Notes: a model not told the origin generated them from the sequence alone. A stretch of DNA of 16,915 nucleotides from Myxococcota bacterium (GCA_040752415.1 JBFMGU010000227.1:1-16915); one strand, 5' to 3'. Positions 1 to 7,233 are shown, counted from the stretch's first letter. Made by a program: numbers and translations.

Positions 1-27
1 GCGGTAATCGTAGCAGCCGCGAATCAA

Positions 28-63
28 ATGGGACCCGCGGTGGGATTTCCCGTTTTTCTTTCT
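28..63 (+). terminator. Possible intrinsic terminator for a gene left of the window
   Basis: Imperfect hairpin ATGGGA-CCC-GCGGT-GGG-ATT-TCCCGT followed by TTTTCTTTCT, an unusually T-rich tract in this GC-rich window. Confidence 0.35.
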
Positions 64-88
64 CAACCCAACAGCAAGGAGCACCACG

Positions 89-122
89 ACGGAACACGGA
101 AGAACGGAACGGAAAGACGGAA
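89..122. repeat. Short ACGGAA microrepeat (5 copies)
   Basis: ACGGAA starts at 89, 96, 104, 109 and 117. Confidence 0.6.
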
Positions 123-198
123 GGCGGGAGGCAGGCGGTACCGAAGAGATGAGAAAGACGAAGCGGGTACCAGACGAGCCACGCCGAACGAGAAAACT

Positions 199-487
199 CG
201 AGACAGGTACCAGCGGCGCGACTCGCGCGCGCGACGCATCCCCCTGCGCTTTTCGGCGATTTCATGACACATCGAGACTGGTACCAGCGACGCGACTGGC
301 GCTCGCGACGCATCCTCCTGCGCTTTTCGGCGGCTTCATGACACAACGAGACAGGTACCAGCGACGCGACTCGCGCTCGCAACGCATCCCCTGCGCGTTC
401 CGCGATTTCCTGACACACCGAGCCAGGTACCAGCGACGCGACTCGCGCTCGCGACGCATCCCCCTGCGCTTTTCCGCTGGCGACTTC
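199..487. repeat. Intergenic tandem repeat, about 4 units of 72-74 bp
   Basis: Units start at 199, 273, 347 and 419. Consensus CGAGACAGGTACCAGCGACGCGACTCGCGCTCGCGACGCATCCCCCTGCGCTTTTCGGCGATTTCATGACACA. The last unit diverges after about 474. There are no unique spacers, and the 74 bp period is not a multiple of 3. Confidence 0.95.
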
Positions 488-526
488 GTCCCGCGGGTTC
501 CAACTTCCCTGGGCGCCCTTGTCCGT

Positions 527-1405
527 TCAGTCCGGCGTGCACGACGGCAACACACGAATACGCCCCTCCACGATGGGCGCCACCGTCTCCTTGTTGCGCA
601 CGTGTCGGGCCAGCACATCCCCCTCACTGACGCGATTGCCGTCCACCAGCACGTACTTCTTCTCCTTGGTCTTCATCTTCCCGTCGACGAGCACCACGCT
701 GTCATCCGGGTTGCGCTCCGCCAGGGCCAGGAACCCGTCACGCGCTCCGGCCACGAAGCTGTTCATGGCAATGGGGTAGGTCGCGGCCAGGTCCAGCGTG
801 GCTCCGCCCACCGTGACCCGCGCGGGATCCACCCGGCTTCCCCGACGGAGGATCTGGTCGCCGGAGAGTGAGAGCGTCTGGGGGGCCTGGTCGCAGTCGA
901 TCTCGAAGCTGATGTTGCGCACCTGCAGGAAGTAGCCGGCGGCGCCCGCTTCCCCCACCTGGCCCAGCAGCGAGACCGCGCGCTCCAACATGAGCCACAG
1001 CTCCTCGCCCGTCACCTCCACGACGACGATCTGGTTGGTGGCGAAGGGAAGCAGGTCGGTGACGTCGGCCTGGTGGATGGGACCCACGGGGATGGACTCC
1101 CGCTCGCCACAGCTGGTGGTGGCGCGGATGCCGCCGGCGTTCTCCACCGCGGCCACCGGGCAGGGACGGTCGGCGCTGCCCGCGATGCAGTTGGCGGCCG
1201 CGGCCTCGTACATGGCGTCGACCACCAGGTTGCCGATGGGCGCCTCCCCGGAGCGCACCGTCACCTTGCGCACGTCGAGGTCCACGGTGGTGCGGCCCAG
1301 GCGCTCCCCGGGGTCCGCGTTGCATTCGTTGTACGCGGTGAGCCATCCGCCGCAGCCGCAGCACAGTCCCAACACGGCGAGCAGGATGGTGGTGCGCGAG
1401 GTCAT
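527..1405 (-). CDS. Lipoprotein with 5'-nucleotidase C-terminal (substrate-binding) domain only, 292 aa
   Basis: The likely start is the ATG at 1405 inside ORF 527..2572 (MTSRTTILLAVLGLCCGC, signal peptide plus lipobox-like Cys). Motifs VRSGEAPIGNLVVDAM, VAAVENAGGIR, DVTDLLPFATNQIVVVEVTGEEL, GYFLQV, YPIAMNSFVAGARDGF and EGRI match the 5_nucleotid_C pattern. Confidence 0.85.
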   Translation of the reverse strand: MTSRTTILLAVLGLCCGCGGWLTAYNECNADPGERLGRTTVDLDVRKVTVRSGEAPIGNLVVDAMYEAAAANCIAGSADRPCPVAAVENAGGIRATTSCGERESIPVGPIHQADVTDLLPFATNQIVVVEVTGEELWLMLERAVSLLGQVGEAGAAGYFLQVRNISFEIDCDQAPQTLSLSGDQILRRGSRVDPARVTVGGATLDLAATYPIAMNSFVAGARDGFLALAERNPDDSVVLVDGKMKTKEKKYVLVDGNRVSEGDVLARHVRNKETVAPIVEGRIRVLPSCTPD

Positions 1406-1495
1406 GGCGACCCCGGCATTGTGCCCCATCCCCTGCGCGCGGGAAAACCGTGCTGCCCCGTCAGCATGGCCGTGGGCGGAAGGTCGCCGCCGTGT

Positions 1496-1524
1496 TTGAC
1501 GGTGCTGCACACCGGCCCTAGGGT
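1496..1524 (+). promoter_or_regulatory. Sigma70-type promoter for the sctQ operon
   Basis: TTGACG (1496-1501), 17 nt spacer, TAGGGT (1519-1524), ending 10 nt before the ATG at 1535. No Shine-Dalgarno sequence is evident. Confidence 0.55.
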
Positions 1525-1534
1525 GCCTCCCGCC

Positions 1535-3076
1535 ATGGCGCCCAGAGCCAAGCCCTACCGCTTCACGGAGCTGGAGCGCTGGACCCGGTCCCAGCTGCTC
1601 ATCCTCAAGACGCTCATTGCGTACTTGCCAGGCGCCGCGCTGGGCGACGAGTTCAAGGCGTCCATCAAGGAGCTGCTGGCCCGACTCACCGGCAGCGAGG
1701 TGGACATCTGGCTGGACAGCATGACGGTGCAGGACGGCGCGGAGGTGGCGCGGGAGCTCAGCGAGCCGGCGTGCCTGGCGCTGATCTCCATGCTCCCCAG
1801 TGAGCACCACGCCGTCCTGGACCTGGACCTGAAGCTCGCTGGGATTGCCGTGGACAAGATGCTGGGCGGCACCGGCGAGGACGCCGACCCGAGTCGCCCG
1901 CTCTCCTCCATCGAGTCCGGGTTGGTGAGCTTCATCCTGCTCAAGCTGATGTCGGTGGCGCAGGGGCTGCTGGCGGAGGAGCAGGAGGTGGCGCTGCGCC
2001 TCAAGAAGCTGCACGCCCACCCCGATGGCGTGCGCGAGGCGTTGGAGGGCCACGACCTGGTGGTGGTGGGCTTCAAGGTCTTCCTGGACATGCAGGTGGG
2101 CTACGTGCGCCTGGTGCTGCCGGCGGAGATGGTGCGCACCACGCTGGCCACCGCGGTGGAGCCCGGCGGCCCGGTCTGGGAGCGACGCCTGGCCTCCCTG
2201 CGCCAGCGCCTGGCCCGCGTGGCCTCCGCGCCCACGCAGCTGGTGGTGGAGGCGGGTCGGAGCGAGCTGTCGTCGGAGGACCTGGCCGGCGTGGACGTGG
2301 GGGACATCCTGCTGGTGGAGAAGACCGGCGTGCGCAAGGAGGGTGAGTCGCTCTCCGGCGAGGTGGAGGTGCGCGTGGGGGCGGGGACGCACGGCGTGGT
2401 GCGCGGGAACCTGGTGGACCTGGAGAACGGTCACCAGGGCGTGGAGATCACCGCCATTGAGGCCTTCCCGGAGCCGGACCCCGCGGGCATGGAGGCGGGT
2501 GGCGCGGAGGATGGTGGGGAGCCCGCACAGGAAGAGGAGCAGCAGGAGGAGTACGCCGAGGAGGCGCGGCACACGCCGCTCCGACCGGGCGGGTCCTTCC
2601 CCCGTGGGGAGCAGGCACGTGAGGGCGCCTTTGGTGCCTTGGTGCGGGCCCGCGGCGTGGGCGGGGACGTGGAGTCACGAGACGAGGAGACCGTGGTGCT
2701 GCGCGCCGAGCTCGGCGAGGACCAGCGCGACGACGAAGACGAAGAGATGCAGGACGAAGAATACGAAGAGCAGCAGGACGAGGAGGCGCCGTCGGAGGAA
2801 GGCGGTGAGGAGGCCCAGGAAGAAGGGCCGCAGGACAACCTGGGCGAGACGGAGGCACTGTTGAAGGACATCCCCATGCCGGTGGTGGTGGAGCTGGGCC
2901 GGATCAAGACGTCGGCCGGCGACATTGTGAACCTGCGCGCGGGCCAGATCCTGGAGCTGCGGCGCGCGCCCAACGACCCCGTGGACATCACCGTCAACGG
3001 GAAGCTGGTGGGCAAGGGCGAGCTGGTGGAGGTGGACGGCGAGCTGGGTGTCCGTCTGCTCTCGCTGGTGCGCTGA
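1535..3076 (+). CDS. sctQ: Type III secretion cytoplasmic ring / sorting platform protein SctQ (FliM-FliN-like fusion), 513 aa
   Basis: The ATG at 1535 is in frame with ORF 1073..3076. It has a FliM-like N-terminal/middle region (KPYRF..RWTRSQL, VDKMLGGTG, RPLSSIE), SPOA1 (LVVEAGRSELSSEDLAGVDVGDILLV), an acidic linker, and C-terminal SPOA2 (LLKDIPMPVVVELGR...GQILEL...PVDITVNGKLVGKGELVEVDGELGVRL). It sits directly before fliO/P/Q/R homologues. Confidence 0.9.
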   Translation: MAPRAKPYRFTELERWTRSQLLILKTLIAYLPGAALGDEFKASIKELLARLTGSEVDIWLDSMTVQDGAEVARELSEPACLALISMLPSEHHAVLDLDLKLAGIAVDKMLGGTGEDADPSRPLSSIESGLVSFILLKLMSVAQGLLAEEQEVALRLKKLHAHPDGVREALEGHDLVVVGFKVFLDMQVGYVRLVLPAEMVRTTLATAVEPGGPVWERRLASLRQRLARVASAPTQLVVEAGRSELSSEDLAGVDVGDILLVEKTGVRKEGESLSGEVEVRVGAGTHGVVRGNLVDLENGHQGVEITAIEAFPEPDPAGMEAGGAEDGGEPAQEEEQQEEYAEEARHTPLRPGGSFPRGEQAREGAFGALVRARGVGGDVESRDEETVVLRAELGEDQRDDEDEEMQDEEYEEQQDEEAPSEEGGEEAQEEGPQDNLGETEALLKDIPMPVVVELGRIKTSAGDIVNLRAGQILELRRAPNDPVDITVNGKLVGKGELVEVDGELGVRLLSLVR

Positions 3077-3091
3077 AGGAAGGACGCCGTC

Positions 3092-3736
3092 ATGACGCTG
3101 CGGCACCTGCGCCTGGCGCTGTTGGGACTGAGCATGCTCGGCGCGACGCCGGTACTGGCCGGCGAGGTGAACGAGCTGCCGCGCCCCGCGCCCGTGACCC
3201 CACCTCCGTCCGACGCGCCGGCCCCCACGCCAGCCACCACCGTCACGCCCGCCACTCCGGCGGCCGCGCCCGCTCCCACCCGGCCCGCCAAGGAGCCCCC
3301 GCTGGGCTTCGAGCCGGAGGACCTGCGCGGCATCGGCGGCAGCGCCGCGGATGGCCTGGCGGGCGCGTGGGCCATCATCGTGAAGTCGCTGGTGGCGCTG
3401 TGCGCGGTGCTGATGGTCATCTACCTGGTGCTGGGCAAGGGCCTGGCGCGCATGGCGGGCAAGATGAGCGCGGCGCGCACCATGCGCGTGGTGGACCGCC
3501 TGGGACTGGATGCGCGGAGGACGCTGTATCTCGTGGAGGTGGATGGCGTGCGCGCGCTGGTGGGCACCGGGGAAAACCAGATGTCCATGATGGTGCTGCC
3601 GCCCGCCGCTCCCGCGCGCGCCGCGGACTTTGCCGAGACGCTGGGCCAGACGGCTGCCCGCCACGGCGTGGCCGCCACCGAGCCGCAGCAGCCCGCCCCC
3701 GACGAGCCACACGCGCGTGAACGAGGTGACGCATGA
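3092..3736 (+). CDS. fliO: FliO-family export-gate assembly protein with N-terminal signal peptide and Pro/Ala/Thr-rich linker
   Basis: RBS AAGGAAGGA. A TM helix (IIVKSLVALCAVLMVIYLVL) is followed by MRVVDRLGLDARRTLYLVEVDGVRALVGTGENQM, the FliO cytoplasmic signature. Canonical position between fliN-like and fliP-like genes. Confidence 0.85.
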   Translation: MTLRHLRLALLGLSMLGATPVLAGEVNELPRPAPVTPPPSDAPAPTPATTVTPATPAAAPAPTRPAKEPPLGFEPEDLRGIGGSAADGLAGAWAIIVKSLVALCAVLMVIYLVLGKGLARMAGKMSAARTMRVVDRLGLDARRTLYLVEVDGVRALVGTGENQMSMMVLPPAAPARAADFAETLGQTAARHGVAATEPQQPAPDEPHARERGDA

Positions 3737-4584
3737 AGCCCACGGGCATCCTGCGCAAGAAGGCGTGGCAGCCGCGCACGGAGATGGGTCGTGCGGCGTT
3801 GAAGCTGTTCCACGTGCTGGTGTGGTTGGGCACGTTCATGCTCCTCCCCGCCATTGCCGAGGCCGCCAAGAAGGGGAGAGGCGGGCTGGAGGACCTGGAG
3901 CTCACCAAGGCGGAAGGCGTGGCCAACCGCCCGCTGGTGTTGATGACGGCGCTGGCGGCGCTCTCGCTGCTGCCCTTCGTCATCATCATGGTGACCAGCT
4001 TCGTGAAGATCGCCGTGGTGCTGTCCATCATCCGCCAGGCGCTGGGCACGCAGCAGATCCCGCCCACGCCGGTGATCACCGGCCTGGCCATCATCCTCAC
4101 CGTCTACGTGATGCACCCGGTAGGCCTGCAGATGAAACGTGCCGCCGACGAGGAGGTGGCCAAGGAGAACTCCACGTTGATGGACAGCAGGAACGTGGAC
4201 CTGATCATCCAGGCGGCACGCAAGAGTGAGGGCCCCATGCGGGAGTTCCTCATGAAGCACAGCCACGAGAAGGACCGCCAGATGTTCTACAAGGTGGCCT
4301 ACCGGCTGCGCGCGCCCGAGGACCGCGACGACCTCAAGATGACCGATCTCATCATCGTGGTGCCCTCGTTCGTCATCTCGGAGCTGACGGAGGCGTTCCA
4401 GATCGGCTTCGTGATCTTCGTGCCGTTCCTGATCATCGACATGGTGGTGAGCAACATCCTGATGGCGCTGGGCATGCAGATGCTCTCCCCCACGACGATC
4501 TCACTGCCATTCAAGGTGCTGCTGTTCGTGCTGGTGGACGGGTGGTACCTGCTCACCAAGGGCCTGGTGCTGGGCTACCAGTGA
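3733..4584 (+). CDS. sctR: Type III export gate subunit SctR/FliP
   Basis: Motifs MVTSFVKIAVVLSIIRQALGTQQIPP, PSFVISELTEAFQIGFVIFVPFLIIDMVVSNILMALGM and PTTISLPFKVLLFVLVDGW. ATGA overlap with the fliO stop. Confidence 0.97.
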   Translation: MKPTGILRKKAWQPRTEMGRAALKLFHVLVWLGTFMLLPAIAEAAKKGRGGLEDLELTKAEGVANRPLVLMTALAALSLLPFVIIMVTSFVKIAVVLSIIRQALGTQQIPPTPVITGLAIILTVYVMHPVGLQMKRAADEEVAKENSTLMDSRNVDLIIQAARKSEGPMREFLMKHSHEKDRQMFYKVAYRLRAPEDRDDLKMTDLIIVVPSFVISELTEAFQIGFVIFVPFLIIDMVVSNILMALGMQMLSPTTISLPFKVLLFVLVDGWYLLTKGLVLGYQ

Positions 4585-4593
4585 GGTGATGTC

Positions 4594-4869
4594 ATGGAGA
4601 CCATTGAGCAGTTCGTGGTGAAGGTGACCACCGAGGGGATCCTGCTGATGCTCATCATCAGCGCGCCCGCCATCCTGGTGAGCCTGGCCATTGGTCTGGC
4701 CGTGGCGCTCTTCTCCGCCACCACCCAGATCCAGGAGCAGACGCTGAGCTTTGTCCCCAAGCTGGTGGTGGTCTTTGCGGTGCTGGCGGCCACGGCGGGT
4801 TGGATGGGCAGCTTGATCATGCGTTACACGGTGCTGTGCTTCACCGGCTTCGTGGACCTGTTGAAATAG
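4594..4869 (+). CDS. sctS: Type III export gate subunit SctS/FliQ
   Basis: 91 aa hydrophobic protein with TQIQEQTLSFVPKL. RBS GAGGT. Confidence 0.97.
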   Translation: METIEQFVVKVTTEGILLMLIISAPAILVSLAIGLAVALFSATTQIQEQTLSFVPKLVVVFAVLAATAGWMGSLIMRYTVLCFTGFVDLLK

Positions 4870-4903
4870 CGGTCCGCTCGTCGAGCGCGCGGGGTCACGC
4901 GGC

Positions 4904-5719
4904 ATGGATGAAGCACTCGCCAACCTTGGGGTGAAGCTGGACCTGACCAGGGCCATGCTCACCTTCTCGCTCATCCTGACGCGAGTGCTGACGGTGGTGA
5001 CGGTGGCGCCCTTCCTGGGCGGAAAGCAGGCGCCGCCGGAAGTGAAGATGGGCATTGGGATTGCGTTTGCCATCCTGCTCATGCCGCTGGTGATCCAGTA
5101 CCAGACCGGCCCCATCCCCATCGACCCCATCAACTACTTCCTCATGGTGGTGAAGGAAGCGTGGGTGGGCTTCATGCTGGGCTTCATTGCGGCGGAGCTC
5201 TTCTACGCGGTGGACATGGCGGGCCGCATCATCGACCTGGCGCGCGGTACCAACCAGGTGCAGCTGATGATTCCGCAGCTGGGTGAGCGCTCCAGCGCGT
5301 TTGGTGACCTCTTCTACCAGCTGCTCCTCGTCATCTTCATGTTCCTGGACGGTCACCACGTCTTCATTGCGGCCATGTTCGAGAGCTTCCGCGTGGTGCC
5401 GCTGGACGCATTCCCCAACCTCTCCCTGGGCCTGTGGCCGCTCACCGAGATGTTCATCCGGTACTCCGCGGACATCTTCACCATTGGGGTCACCATCAGC
5501 GCGCCGGTGGCCATTGCCTGTCTCATCACCGAGATGAGCTTTGGGCTGCTCAACCGCGTGGCGCCGCAGATCAACGCGTACTTCATGGCCATGCCCGCCA
5601 AGGTGTTCGTGGGGGGCGTGATGTTCCTGGTGGCGCTGCCCATGCTGTTGGAGCTGTTGGCCGAGATGAGCGCGAGCATGCTGCTCTTGGGACAGAAGCT
5701 GCTCATCCTGCTGCCGTGA
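4904..5719 (+). CDS. sctT: Type III export gate subunit SctT/FliR
   Basis: 271 aa polytopic membrane protein with APFLGG..PPEVK, KEAWVGFMLG, MAGRIIDLARG, FLDGHH..SFRVVP and GLLNRVAPQINAYF..MPAK. Confidence 0.96.
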   Translation: MDEALANLGVKLDLTRAMLTFSLILTRVLTVVTVAPFLGGKQAPPEVKMGIGIAFAILLMPLVIQYQTGPIPIDPINYFLMVVKEAWVGFMLGFIAAELFYAVDMAGRIIDLARGTNQVQLMIPQLGERSSAFGDLFYQLLLVIFMFLDGHHVFIAAMFESFRVVPLDAFPNLSLGLWPLTEMFIRYSADIFTIGVTISAPVAIACLITEMSFGLLNRVAPQINAYFMAMPAKVFVGGVMFLVALPMLLELLAEMSASMLLLGQKLLILLP

Positions 5720-5721
5720 CG

Positions 5722-5749
5722 TCGACGTGAGACCGCCCGGGTGTATCCT
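5722..5749 (+). promoter_or_regulatory. Possible promoter for the serine hydrolase pair
   Basis: TCGACG, 16 nt spacer, TATCCT in the 78 bp gap after sctT. This is a weak match. Confidence 0.25.
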
Positions 5750-5797
5750 CTCTCCCGCGTCGGGCGACCGGGGCCCGGGACGAAGTGAGGCACAAGC

Positions 5798-6931
5798 ATG
5801 AAGCGTTGGTTCCTCTCCCTGCTCCTTCTCGGCGGCGCCGTGGATGCGCGCGCCGACTGTCCCCAGCGGGACTACTGGCCCACGACGGAGTGGCGCTCCC
5901 GCGCGGAGTTGGTGAGGCAGACCCGCAAGGACCAGATTGCGGCGCTGGAGTCCTACGCATTCGCCCGCACCGGCTCGGAGGCGGACCACGCGGGCATCCG
6001 CACCGACGGCGTGGTCATCATCCACCGTGGCGAGATCATCTACGAGAAGTACGCGGGCGGTTACTCGGCGAGCCAGCGGCACCTCTCGTGGTCCGTGTCC
6101 AAGAGCTTCACCAACGCGCTGGTGGGCGTGGGCGTGCGGGACGGGCTCCTCTCCCTGGATGACTCCATCTGCAAGCACCGCGCGCTCGACGACGAGGCCT
6201 ACTGCAAGATCCGCGTGCGCGACCTGCTCACCATGAGCTCCGGCATTGACTGGCAGGAGACGTACGAGGGCACGGAGCTGGAGAGCTCTTCGGTGCTGGC
6301 CATGCTGTACGGCGTGGGACGCAAGGACATGATGGGTTTCGTCTCCTCCCACCGCCTGCGCGACGCTCCCGCCGAGACGTGGATGTACTCCAGCGGGGAC
6401 AGCACGCTGCTGGCCGGCGTCACCGCGCCTCCGCTGCGCGAGCGGTACGGCGACGAGTACCCCTGGGAAACGCTGTTCGACCCGATTGGGATGCACAGCG
6501 CGACGTGGGAAGCGGATCACGCGGGCACGTACGTGGGCTCTTCCTACGTCTACGCCACGCCGCGCGACCTGGCGAAGTTCGGCTACCTGTTCCTCAACGA
6601 CGGGTGCTGGGAGACGCGGCGGTTGCTGCCCGAGGGGTGGGTGGGCTTCTCGACGAAGGTCAATGAGCCGATCAAGAAGCGGCCGCTGCTGCGCGAGCCC
6701 GACGACGTCTACGGGGCGCAGTTCTGGCTCAACAAGGAGGTCCCGGAGATTGGCGCCACGCGGCCCTGGCCGGACGTCCCCGACGACGCGTATGCGGCGC
6801 GCGGTCACTGGGGTCAGTCCATCACGGTGATCCCCTCGCGTGACGCCGTGGTGGTGCGCACCGCCGACGATCGCGAAAAGGGATTCGAGTTCAACAAGTT
6901 CCTCAAGCTGGCCCTGGAGGTGATCCCATGA
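5798..6931 (+). CDS. Secreted serine hydrolase, beta-lactamase class C / PBP-like family
   Basis: Signal peptide. SxxK (WSVSKS), LLTMSSG, Tyr motif (WMYSSGDS), TPRDLAKFGYLFLNDG and AARGHWGQ. RBS GAGG. Confidence 0.92.
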   Translation: MKRWFLSLLLLGGAVDARADCPQRDYWPTTEWRSRAELVRQTRKDQIAALESYAFARTGSEADHAGIRTDGVVIIHRGEIIYEKYAGGYSASQRHLSWSVSKSFTNALVGVGVRDGLLSLDDSICKHRALDDEAYCKIRVRDLLTMSSGIDWQETYEGTELESSSVLAMLYGVGRKDMMGFVSSHRLRDAPAETWMYSSGDSTLLAGVTAPPLRERYGDEYPWETLFDPIGMHSATWEADHAGTYVGSSYVYATPRDLAKFGYLFLNDGCWETRRLLPEGWVGFSTKVNEPIKKRPLLREPDDVYGAQFWLNKEVPEIGATRPWPDVPDDAYAARGHWGQSITVIPSRDAVVVRTADDREKGFEFNKFLKLALEVIP

Positions 6932-7233
6932 GGGCGGCGCGCGTTCTGGTGCTGGTGGTGTTGGGACTGGTGGGGTGCCAACAGAAAGAGGGGGACCGAC
7001 CGTACGACAACAACGTGCTCGAGTTGCTGGCGGGCTACTACGCCAAGAGCCATTGCTCGTGCCGGTTTGTGCTGCAGCAGACCGCCACGTACTGCGACAA
7101 CTGGGTCAAGCAGGATCCCGCCATCACGTTGTTCAACGTCGACACGGAGGCGCAGACGGTGGAGGCGGTGGCGCTGGGCGCGCGCAGGGTGGCGCGTTTC
7201 AAGAGCACGCGACTGGGCTGCGTGGTGGAGTGA
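6928..7233 (+). CDS. Small lipoprotein, probable accessory subunit of the serine hydrolase
   Basis: Lipobox LVGC and ATGA overlap with the hydrolase stop. GYYAKSHCSCRFV...C...VD...V.A..LG..R.A.F....LGC pattern. Confidence 0.8.
   Translation: MRAARVLVLVVLGLVGCQQKEGDRPYDNNVLELLAGYYAKSHCSCRFVLQQTATYCDNWVKQDPAITLFNVDTEAQTVEAVALGARRVARFKSTRLGCVVE

Noticed and set aside
199..487. CRISPR array
   Set aside because: The units are conserved along their whole length with no unique spacers, and there are no cas genes in the window.
28..871. ORFs 28..267, 63..272, 149..871, 262..627 and 336..542
   Set aside because: They are Arg-rich translations of the non-triplet repeat or of the antisense strand, with no protein-like features.
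1427..1439. 13 nt match (CATCCCCTGCGCG) between repeat unit 3 (385-397) and the divergent promoter region, suggesting RNA-guided targeting
   Set aside because: It is too short and GC-rich to be distinguished from chance in a 17 kb high-GC window.
1073..2572. Full-length ORF calls 527..2572 (-) and 1073..3076 (+)
   Set aside because: Their N-terminal extensions are antisense shadows of each other. The true starts are more plausibly 1405 (-) and 1535 (+), leaving a 129 bp divergent intergenic region.
5798..6931. Bona fide AmpC antibiotic-resistance gene
   Set aside because: It has YSS rather than YxN and ARG rather than KTG, which fits the broader esterase/amidase members of the family. Resistance cannot be inferred.
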